Shown piece by piece: positions 29,201-41,200 of a stretch of 64,000 bases of DNA. Position numbers and translations under genes: made by a program. Positions within the stretch are counted from its first letter, which is position 1; each line of letters opens with the position of its first letter. The DNA is taken from positions 391,096,001 to 391,160,000 of the forward strand of contig OZ024740.1 in NCBI GenBank assembly GCA_964016885.1. Direction: 5' to 3'. Below the pieces are notes generated by a model. It made no database searches. It was not told the DNA's origin and saw only the letters and a program-made list of their open reading frames with translations. Origin of the DNA: Eledone cirrhosa (Eukaryota).

Positions 29201-32200
29201 AACACAATATACAAGACTGTAAAGTACTAGGTTCAGTTAACACAACACAGTATACAAGACTGTAATGTACCAGGTTCAGTTAACACAACACAGTATCCAA
29301 GACTAATGTACCAGGTTCGGTTAACACAATACAGTAAACAAGACTGTAATGTACCAGGCTCAGTTAACACAACACAGTATACAAGACTGTAATGTACCAG
29401 GTTCAGTTAACACAACACAGTATACAAGACTTTAATGTACCAGGTTCAGTTAACACAACACAGTATACAAGACTGTAATGTACCTGGTTCAGTTAACACA
29501 ACACAATATACAAGACTGTAATGTACCAGGTTCAGTTAACACAACACAATATACAAGACTGAAATGTACCAGGTTCAGTTAACACAACACAGTATACAAG
29601 ACTGTAATGTACCAGGTTCAGTTAACACAACACAATATACAAGACTGTAATGTAGCTGGTTCAGTTAACACAACACAATATACAAGACTTTAATATACCA
29701 GGTTCAGTTAACACAACACAGTATACAAGACTGTAATGTACCAGGTTCAGTTAACACAACACAGTATACAAGACTTTAATATACCAGGTTCAGTTAACAC
29801 AACACAGTATACAAGACTGTAATGTACCAGGTTCAGTTAACACAACACAGTATACAAGACTGTAAAGTACCAGGTTCAGTTAACACAACACAGTAAACAA
29901 GACTGTAATGTACCTGGTTCAGTTAACACAACACAGTATACAAGACTGTAATGTACCAGCTTCAGTTAACACAACACAATATACAAGACTTTAATATACC
30001 AGGTTCAGTTAACACAACACAGTATACAAGACTGTAATGTACCAGGTTCAGTTAATACAACACAGTATACAAGACTGTAATGTACCAGGTTCAGTTAATA
30101 CAACACAATACAGTATACAAGACTGTAATGTACCAGGTTCAGTTAATACAACACAGTATACAAGACTGTAATGTACCAGGTTCCGTTAACACAACACAAT
30201 ATACAAGACTGTCATGTACCAGGTTCAGTTACACAACACAGTATACAAGACTGTAATGTACCAGGTTCAGTTAACACAACACAGTATACAAGACTGTAAT
30301 GTACCAGGTTCAGTTAATACAACACAGTATACAAGACTGTAATGTACCAGGTTCAGTTAACACAACACAATATACAAGACTGTAATGTACCAGGTTCAGT
30401 TAATACAACACAGTATACAAGACTGTAATGTACCTGGTTCAGTTAACACAACACAATATATAAGACTGTAATGTACCTGGTTCAGTTAACACAACACAAT
30501 ATACAAGACTGTAACGTACCAGGTTCAGTTAACACAACACAGTATACAAGACTGTAATGTACCAGGTTCAGTTAATACAACACAGTATACAAGACTGTAA
30601 TGTACCAGGTTCAGTTAACACAACACAATATACAAGACTGTAATGTACCTGGTTCAGTTAACACAACACAATATACAAGACTGTAACGTACCAGGTTCAG
30701 TTAACACAACACAGTATACAAGACTGTCATGTACCAGGTTCAGTTAATACAACACAGTATACAAGACTGTAATGTACCAGGTTCAGTTAACACAACACAA
30801 TATACAAGACTGTAATGTACCAGGTTCAGTTAATACAACACAATATACAAGACTGTAACGTACCAGGTTCAGTTAACACAACACAGTATACAAGACTGTA
30901 ATGTACCAGGTTCAGTTAACACAACACAATATACAAGACTGTAATGTACCAGGTTCAGTTAATACAACACAATATACAAGACTGTAACGTACCAGGTTCA
31001 GTTAACACAACACAATATACAAGACTGTAATGTACCAGGTTCAGTTAATACAACACAGTATACAAGACTGTAATGTACCAGGTTCAGTTAATACAACACA
31101 ACACAGTATACAAGACTGTAATGTACCAGGTTCAGTTAACACAACACAGTATACAAGACTGTAATGTACCTGGTTCAGTTAACACAACACAATATACAAG
31201 ACTGTAACGTACCAGGTTCAGTTAATATAACACAGTATACAAGACTGTAATGTACCAGGTTCAGTTAACACAACACAGTATACAAGACTAATGTACCAGG
31301 TTCGGTTAACACAATACAGTAAACAAGACTGTAATGTACCAGGCTCAGTTAACACAACACAGTATACAAGACTGTAATGTACCAGGTTCAGTTAACACAA
31401 CACAGTATACAAGACTTTAATGTACCAGGTTCAGTTAACACAACACAGTATACAAGACTGTAATGTAGCTGGTTCAGTTAACACAACACAATATACAAGA
31501 CTGTAATGTACCAGGTTCAGTTAACACAACACAATATACAAGACTGAAATGTACCAGGTTCAGTTAACACAACACAGTATACAAGACTGTAATGTACCTG
31601 GTTCAGTTAACACAACACAATATACAAGACTGTAATGTACCAGGTTCAGTTAATACAACACAGTATACAAGACTGTAATGTACCAGGTTCAGTTAACACA
31701 ACACAATATACAAGACTGTAATGTACCAGGTTCAGTTAACACAACACAGTATACAAGACTAATGTACCAGGTTCAGTTAACACAACACAGTATACAAGAC
31801 TGTAATGTACCAGGTTCAGTTAACACAACACAGTATACAAGACTGTAATGTACCAGGTTCAGTTAACACAACACAGTATACAAGACTGTAATGTACCAGG
31901 TTCAGTTAACACAACACAGTATACAAGACTGTAATGTACCAGGTTCAGTTAACACAACACAATATACAAGACTGTAATGTACTAGGTTCAGTTAATACAA
32001 CACAGTATACAATACTATACAAGACTAAAGTACCTTGTTCAGCTAATTTTTCATGTAAATCCTTCCTCCTTTGTTCAGCCTGAAGTAAACGTCGCAGTTC
32101 TTTACGACGGATCACTTCAGCCCTCATACGTTTCTGTTGCTCTAACTTTTCTCGTAACAACTTGGATTCTTCATCCTGAAATTATTTCAATAAACAAGGA

Positions 32201-35200
32201 AATATTGTTGAGGAATCATGGTTTTTAAAATTAACTATTTATGACATTTATAGAGATCTGACTACAGCAAGAGTCATGATTTGAATTATTCTTGTTGTAT
32301 CTTAACCTTTTAGTTAAGTCCCCTGCCTCTGCTGGTAACTATTTTTACAGATGAGTGAACTAGAGCAATGTGAAATCAAATGCTTTGCTCAAGGACAATG
32401 TGTCACTCAATCTAGAGAACAAACCCACAATCTGACAATCACAAGGACAACAATGTGCTACTCTAGAGAACAAACACACAATCTTACAATTACAAAATTA
32501 ATATCACAAGTTAATTTCATCTGATGCTCTATCGAATCTACTACCCTCCACCCATTTTGATTACAGTTTACAGACATGAAACTTGATATCTTTCAGCTTT
32601 GGAAGCTTAAAACAATCAGATTGAAGAATGAAGGCAAAATATTAAATAGAATTAAAAGCTGCAGCAAAGTTACTTTTCAATGCTTATTTTTATTTTAACA
32701 CAATTTCATTTGAGGTGTAGTGAAGGTGAGAGGCAAAGCCGGTGGTCATACCAAGTTCTCCAAGATTGATAAGATTGATACAGTTTAAGATGACTAGGAA
32801 GAAGATAGGGTCAATTTCTTCAAGAATACAGTATATACCATTGTGCTAACCAATACTGTGTGTGAATTTGGTAGATGGAAACAACAGAATCCTGTTGAAT
32901 ACATAGATATATATGTAACTATGTCTATGTGGTGTCTAGTAACTTAGTGGTTCAATAATAATTTTTAAAAAAGATCCATAAAATACCAGACTAAAATATA
33001 AGTACTGGATTCAATATGATTGACTAAAACTAAATCATGGCCAGTCTAATAAATGAAACAAATAAAAGAATAAGAGATTACTTAGCAAAATACTAATGAA
33101 AAGCTGCTAATTAGTTGAGAGAAAATGTTAAGAGATGAAATATGAGTTTCTTACATCAGACTGGGTGAGTTGCTTGAGATGAGTTGACACTTTCGGTATC
33201 TTGGGTGCTGGAGGATCATTGTCAGACATTAGTTTTACCTGGGGTAGTGTTGTTAACACTTTAATGTTTTTATTTTGTTGTGTCTGAATCTCTTGCCGGT
33301 TTCGTTTTGGTGATATCAGAGGGTTAACCCTGGAAAACATTTAATGAAACATTAACATAAAAGGTTCTGGATAAGTAATAAATTAAATGTATTGAAACAT
33401 TTCATGAAGTATTTATATTTTCTTTGACAAATATTGAACTGATGTTGTATAGTTAACAGGGATACAGGCATGAGTATGTAGTTAAAAAGGTCACAATTAT
33501 GAGGTCCCAGGCTCAATACCACAAATATGTCATTGATTAATGATTCGTGGTAAAAAAATTGATGTATTTCATTGGTTTGGAAGATAAAAAAATAAATCCA
33601 TGCTGCATAGTTGAAGACATTTCAAGAAGAGGATAGAAGTTTTCATTAAGTGGGGGTGATAGATTCCAAACCTGAAAGCATGGCCTAGAAACAAAGGGTC
33701 TTAAAGTCAACCTGACAAAGACTAAGGTCCTAGTAAGTAGAAGGGAAAACAGATCCGCAATCCCCTCAGGGAAATGGCCTTGCTCAGTGTAGGAAAGGTA
33801 GAAATTCTAACTACTATCCCAAATGCAAACTATGGATACACAAGAGATGTAATGAGATCTCAGGTAGTTTAGCTAAGAATATAGGTTTACATGTAGCCAT
33901 TGCAATGGAGCAGTAAGTCACAAACGACCACAAGAAACAAGCACTATCAAATTCTGGGAAGGTACAGTAAAAGTGGTAGACAGCTTTTGCTACCTAGGAG
34001 ACCAAATTAGCAGCGGATGTCGGTGTTCTGAAAGTATAGTAGCTAGAGTGAGGACAGGATGGAAGAAGTTCAGGGAGCTACTACCATTGTTAGCTACAAA
34101 AGGCTTTTCCCTCAAAATAAAAGGCAGACTGTACGACACAGGTATACGAGCAGCAATGTTGCATGGTAGTGAGGCTTGGGTACTGTGTGCATAGGACTTA
34201 CGACGATTGGAAAGAAATGAAGCTTGCATGCTTCAATGGATGTATAATTGTAATATACGTGAACAGCAAAGCATAAAGTGGTTGTAATGGCAACAGGACA
34301 AACAGTGCCAGCCCACACTGTAAGGTGTTCATGTAGGTGTCACAACAAAAAAGCACCGAGCCCACACTGAAAAGTGGTCGTGTAGGTGTCACAACAAAAA
34401 GCACCAAGCCCACACTGTAAAGTGGTCGTGTAGGTGTCACAACAAAAAGCACCCAGCCCACACTGTAAAGTGGCCATGTAGTGTCACAACAAAAAGCACC
34501 CAGTACTCACTGTAAATGTGGTTGGCATTAGGAAGGGCATCCAGCCATAGAAACCAAGCCCAAATCGGTTCTGTATGAGCAAGACATGATCATCTGAATT
34601 CAACTTGCCTCAAATAGGACAACCCATCTAACCCATGCTAGCATAGAAAATGCACATTAACCCTTTAGCATTCACATTAATTTGTCAAATGGCATGTTTA
34701 TCTGTTCACATTATTTGCAGTTAATCGTACTCAAGAGGGTTATGAATTTTATTTGTTTGTAATTTTCTTAATTTTCTATGTGCAGGCTTGAAATTTTGTC
34801 AGTAGATGTTTAAATATCAATAATTTACAATTATATAATTTTACCTGATATTTTTGGTTAAATTTGACTTTTATGGACAGGTGAAATTAATTAATAGGGG
34901 CATTTGAAGTATCAACCAGGTGCAAATACTGGTTTAATTTTAAATACGTTGTTTTCGCCATAGTACTTGATATATAAGGATCACTAAACCTTATATCAGT
35001 GCTCCAGTAATTCCAGTCTTGGAAATTGTTTTATACCGAACATAATATTTACGGTAAAAAATGCTTGCATTTCCGCAGCCTCTGTTGGTCGCCATAACAG
35101 ATCGGGTTTTCCTCGATTTGAAATCTGTTGTTGGGCATATCGATTAATCTCTTCTGCCACAACTTCGAATAAATTTTGTGGTAAAAAGAAAAAGAAATAA

Positions 35201-38200
35201 TCCAGTGCTTTAGCATCGGGAGCTAATGTATGCTGTGGACCAGTATTTTGAATAAAATCGGGAACATATATTGGCGTGGTATTTTTCAACCACGTTGCTG
35301 TAATATTTTGAATGGCGTCCTGGAGATCTCCTTTGTTTTGACTTTCAAAACAATCATCGTCGGGTGAAATTTCAGAAATGTAAACATCTGATTCATTTGA
35401 AGATAAATCACTAATATTATCTTTTGTTTCTTGTTCATTCTGAATGTCGTCGTGTGTAAAACCTTCAAATTTGGTATCAGTACTTTCATAAGCCATGTTG
35501 ATACAAACAAAAAATCTGTTCTACTTCACTATATTAAGTGTTAATTTTCGCGGTAAGGGCCTAATCTTGCAGTAATCTCAAATTGATGAGATTTTGATGA
35601 CGGTATTGTTTATTTTTAGAACAACATTTTAGTGTGGGTGTTATCGGCCAGTTTCGGGCGGATTGAACAAATGAAGGGGAAATAATTGCGGCTGGTTTGA
35701 ACACTAAAGGGTTAAATGGTGATGATGATGAGGAGGAGGCTCCCTTTGTTCATGGCTGACCATGGGTTTACACTGAGAAAAGTTCTTTTTCAAAGCACAA
35801 GCCTGAGCAAGGTGTTTTGTGGAAGACCAAAAGTAGCTCAGGTATGCCTATCTCTCTTCCCCATACCACCAATGTTGTCTAAGGGAAAGATAAAGGTTGA
35901 TACAGCTTGATACCAGTGTTGTAGCAACAATTTTTACAGGCTGAAAGGGAAGAGACAATGCGAAATAAAGAGTCTTGCTCAAGAACACAATGTGCTGCCT
36001 GGACTAGGAATTGAACCCACAAACTTATTATAAGCCCAATACTGTAACCACTATGCCACACCTTCACAGATAATGATGAAGGCCTGAAAAGAATTGTCAG
36101 AAACGGTAGAAGTACATTCCAAAGACAGGTAGGTGTTGTTGATGTGAGAAATGAAAGCAGTGAGTTCATCTCTAGATAATCAGTGATGTTACTTATACAG
36201 TTGTTGATTTGACAAGATAATTCTAAAGAGGATCCAATAATCTGGGCAGAGGTCTGGAATTGAAAGATGTTGGCATAAGCAAGATCCATTTTGTAATGGA
36301 TGGAGGAGGATTGTGGTCATCTGTTACTGCTGTTGAATGATAGTCAGAACTGACCACAGAATCACAACTGATTATGAAAGCTGCAGTGGTTGGAGGAAGA
36401 TTGTAACCATCAGCTACTCAGAGGTGGGAGCAGGAATTCTAAATGTTGCACTCTACCTTTTTAATAGATTTTTCTTAGGTTTTTAAAATACTTGAAGGAA
36501 GCAGAAAAGTTGTTAGAACTAATCATTCAACTACTGAACAGCAAATACTTATAAAAGCTACAATAGGTAAAGGGGGATTATAACCATCTAACACTATAGT
36601 CAAATGGTGATGATGGTGATAATAATTGTTTCTACTTTTGGCACAAGGCCAGCAATTACCCAGTACATTACTGGTACTTTATTTTATCGACCACGTAAGG
36701 ATGAAAAAGCAAAGTTAGCCTCGGCGGGATTTGAACTCAGACTGTAAAGGGACGTAACTATGCTGGAAAGCATGGCGTCCAACTCTACCGATACTGCCAA
36801 TCCAATGATGATTTGATATTCCACTTACCGTAACCTTTGATATTTTCGATGCAGTTTATTGAATGTACTGATTCTTCCAGTAAAATTACCACGAGTGGAA
36901 GTACGTATCTGCTGCATTGAATTTCCATATTGAAGTGTTATAGGGGCTGGCATTTTGTGTGAAGCTTTTGACATATCATGTTGAGATTGGTGTTGAGCAG
37001 ATAACATCTCTTGATGTGATGGCTACATTGAATGGAATACAAATGGAAACAGCAATTTAAATTATTATAATAATGAAATATTGTGTACAGTGCTCAGGTG
37101 CACTACAACTCATCAAAAAGTGTATGTATAGTACATAGGGTAATGTACAAACATCAGGAAAATGAACAGTGCATGAGTCATGATACACACACACGTGTGC
37201 ATGTGTATGGAAGGGGTACATCAGGTGTAGGAAAGCCAATAGAATTATTTTTGTAACTTAGAAATATAAAAATGTGAATAAAACAAAACAATAGTTGACA
37301 TTTTTAACCTTATATTTTATCATTAAGTGTTGTAAGGTTTGGATAGTTACACTGTTTTATAATAGGTATACTGTATCCCTATGTATCATGGGGGTTTAGA
37401 ATAGGTGCACTGTATCTTTGCTTATCATAAAATTTAAAATAGGTACACTGTATCCTTGAGTGTTGTAAGGTTTAGAAATAGCTACACTATAACCCTGTGT
37501 GCCATAAGGTTTAGAATAAGTACACTATCCTCATGTGTCGCAAAGTTTAGAATAGGCACACTGTATCCCTACTTGTCATAAGAAGCAAATAAAAGTGTTT
37601 TACAGCTAGAAGCATCATCCAGCCATAAAACATTGTTCAAAAAGCTGTCCAACCTATGCTGGCATGAAAATATTGACATAAAAATGATGAAATAATGATG
37701 GATCTTCCACCAATATTGATCAAGTGAACACTCAACTTGTGAACTAATGTGTAAGTGGTTGAGTATTCCACAGACAAAGGTATTCTTAACATAATTCCCA
37801 GAGTGAATTAGCATGACCCAATATGTGTCAAGGCTGGCCCTTTCAATTACATGTACAATCCATCTGACGGGCTTCCATATAGTTTCCATCAACCTACTTC
37901 CACTCACAAAGTTTGGGTCAACCTGAGACATGATTGCATAACAAATTTCCTTTTCCATATGTGGGTCCTTTTGTAAACGAAACCACCAAAGTGATACTTA
38001 TGGGTGTTTTTGGTGATCCCTTGGAAATATATATGTGGTGGGTGATCACAGATGGGGGGATGCTCTGACTTGACCTAATTAGTGGGTTTTAAACCATGTG
38101 TGGATGAGTAGCCCTAAATATTTTTGATATTTTATATTATTTATAGTTCAGCCATATATATCTAGTTTAGAGCAAATAAACCATATCCCTGCATGTCCAC

Positions 38201-41200
38201 AAAAGCAACCAAAAGGGATGGTGTCATGAAGGGCATCTGGCTGTAAAAAATTGCCTGAAAAAGTCCCATCCAACCCATGCCAACATGGATACATTGACAT
38301 AAAAATAATGATGATGATCAATTAATATTAAGTCATATGTTGTGTTTATATATTGTATTTTATATGAAGGCACGTGACCTAGTAGTTAGGGAGGTTGGGC
38401 TTACAATCATAAGGACATGGGGATTCTAGCATAGAAGATGGACGTTAAACGATGATGTTCTTGAGCAAAACATTATTTCCTATTGCTCTGGTTCATTCAG
38501 ATGAAAATGAAAACCAGCAATAGCTGGGGAAGTTTTGTACTCTCAGTCATTTAACACTTAGAAAATAGATGTTAAACAGTGAGATGATGATGAACCCAGG
38601 ATAAGCACCAGGCATTGTCCAAAGCATGGAAAAATGGATATAAAGCAATTTTAACAAACCTAATAATCCTTGCCCTTCCCTTCATTTTTCTAACTTTGTC
38701 CAGCCTTACGTGTATTGTAACCTCCTTGTTTATAACATTATCCAGCCCCAAATATATTGTAATCGCATTATTTATAACTTTGTCCAGCCCCACATGTATT
38801 GTAACCTCTATATTTATAACTCTGTCAAACCTTACATGTATTGTAATGTTTATATTTATAACATTGTCCAACTCCACATGTATTGCAACTTCTACATTTA
38901 TAACTTTTATACACAATATTGTTTCATTATGATATCTCTGGTAGTATACTATCAAGGCACAACATTTAAAAATCATAAAGATATACAATAAATTCCAAGA
39001 AATTGAAAAGTTATTGTTACCTGAACTGGCTGAACTTGATATTGAGGTCGTGGTGGAAATTGTTGCTGGAGTGGTGGTGGACCAGCAGCAGTGCCATGCT
39101 GGTGTTGGGGTAGAGAATGGACTTGAGAATGATGGAGGTGATGTTGTTGATGAACTTGAGGAGATGGTGGAGGAGGTGAAGACATAAAATGAGGAGCCTG
39201 GGGGGCAGGCATGAGATGTGATTGAGAAGTTTGACGGAAAATCATTGATTGATCATTGACTGGACGGGAGGGGACTGGTGGAGGTGCAGACTGGTATGGT
39301 TGGCTCAAATGGTACAGTGACGGTGGTTGTTGATTTGGTACAGGAGCCAGGCTTTGAATTGGTTGAGGGGCACCTGGAAAAAAATGAAATGTCAATGTTA
39401 TTAGAGGACTATCATAACCATATTTCTCATGAAATACATTGAAAGTTTCAATCAATTTAGAAAATAATAAAAGAAGACGTGCTTAAGGACTCTGCCTCCA
39501 TATCCCTCCCAGGAATAAGTGGGTGAAGGAGAAGAAAAAATTTGGAAGTTTTAGTATAATAAAGTTAGAGTTGAGACGACAACAAGGTTCCCACATAAAA
39601 ATCATGAAAGTTTTTAATTTAAATAAGAACACTTTAAAATGGCCTGTTTTATCACAGAACCAAAGTTAGTTTCAGACAAGATGAAATGAAAAGGGTTAAA
39701 AGAATACTTTGCCACAAGATCATTTCTGCCCCTCAGCACTGTGGTTAGTAGAACTCGGGTTTATGGCTGGAGAAAGGATCACAACAGATGCTCTTCCTGA
39801 CACTAATCTTTTTACTTGCTTTTTACAACACACATGGATTCAGTGTACCTATTCTAAACTGGATAACAATTGTACTGGTCTAATTATTTGATCTATGTGC
39901 CAAATTTCCATGAAATAAAATGATGTCAGAGGTTTTCAAACATAAATACCAGAATATTGTGGAGGAACTGTATTAATTGGAGCTGCCATAGGTGGTGCTG
40001 TAGGCATCTGTTGAACTGGTGGTGGTGGAGCTTGCAGATTTTGATGTTGGGGAGCAGCTATTTAGAAATACATACAAAAAACACATAAAACCAATGACAT
40101 GAAAATACATGATAAGCATCATCATACTTTTTACTTATTTATATATTCCACAACCACAAACATTTTAGAGCATGGGTTAGCCTTGTAGGTATTCTTGGCA
40201 AGCTTCTCCAATTTGCCATATCCTCTCCACCCACCTGGCTGTCATTGTTTTTTTCAATCATATTTAGCCATGTCTTTCTTGGTCTTCTTCCTCTGCTTCC
40301 TTCCATATTTATTTCCATCACTCCTCTCACCCAGTCAATTTCATCTTGCCTCAACACATGATGCAATCATCTCGGTCTATTTCTCTTCACACTGTTCATT
40401 ACTGACTATTCCCATCCTCCTCCTAAATTCATTGTTTTTCTTCCTCTCTCTCTCAACAATACACTGTTCATCCATCGAACCATTCTCATTCCAGTTCTTT
40501 CCAGCATTCTCTGTTGCTCCATGTCTCACTACCATAAATCATGACACTTCTCACACATGCACCATACACCTTTCCTTTATGTTCTCTCCAGACTTCTCTG
40601 TTGCTCCATGTTCATTATCCCCGTTTCGCTCACACAAATCATGGAATATCTCACATATGCACCATATACCTTTCCTTTCTGTTCTTATTTCAAACCCAAT
40701 GCTTTCCTAACATGTAAACTTATAAACAGTTAATGTTATTCTTTCACCATAGCCCTCTTAGATGGGTCAGGAGACTATGAATCACTTAATATGTTCCACT
40801 TGTAGCATGGCCTCTAATGGTGAATGCACTTCTTAAAGCCAACCACTTTACAGAGAGTATTGAGAGTATTTTATCATGGAACAAGCACTAGAGAGGCTGT
40901 CGTATCCTTGACAGATACCTAAAAAGCCCTAAAAAATCAGAAAGAATCCCTAATATAGTGGGGTTTTCCAGTGTAGTTTGTACACTTGCTAAATTTCCAA
41001 CTGAAATGTTATAACAATAAACTCTTCTTCCTTTGATTTTTCCCAGAGTAAAAAGATGTCACATGCTGGTACTTTAATAGGGTCACACTGCCTATCGAAA
41101 ACCACATGCACCAACTTTTATTAATCGGTGAGCTGATTATTTCATTAATTGGTCTGTTAAAGTTGTTTCATCACAGACTGACCATATTCATGACTGTGCC

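Noticed and set aside
24257-32046. CRISPR array
   Set aside because: The units are contiguous with no unique spacers, there are no cas genes, and the context is a eukaryotic intron.
36720-36803. tRNA gene
   Set aside because: The A and B boxes belong to a multi-copy SINE head, with no complete cloverleaf.
38572-38991. 138-aa repetitive ORF and overlapping ORFs
   Set aside because: They arise from a 42-bp minisatellite whose period is a multiple of 3; there is no recognisable domain and they are not needed for the RBM33 model.
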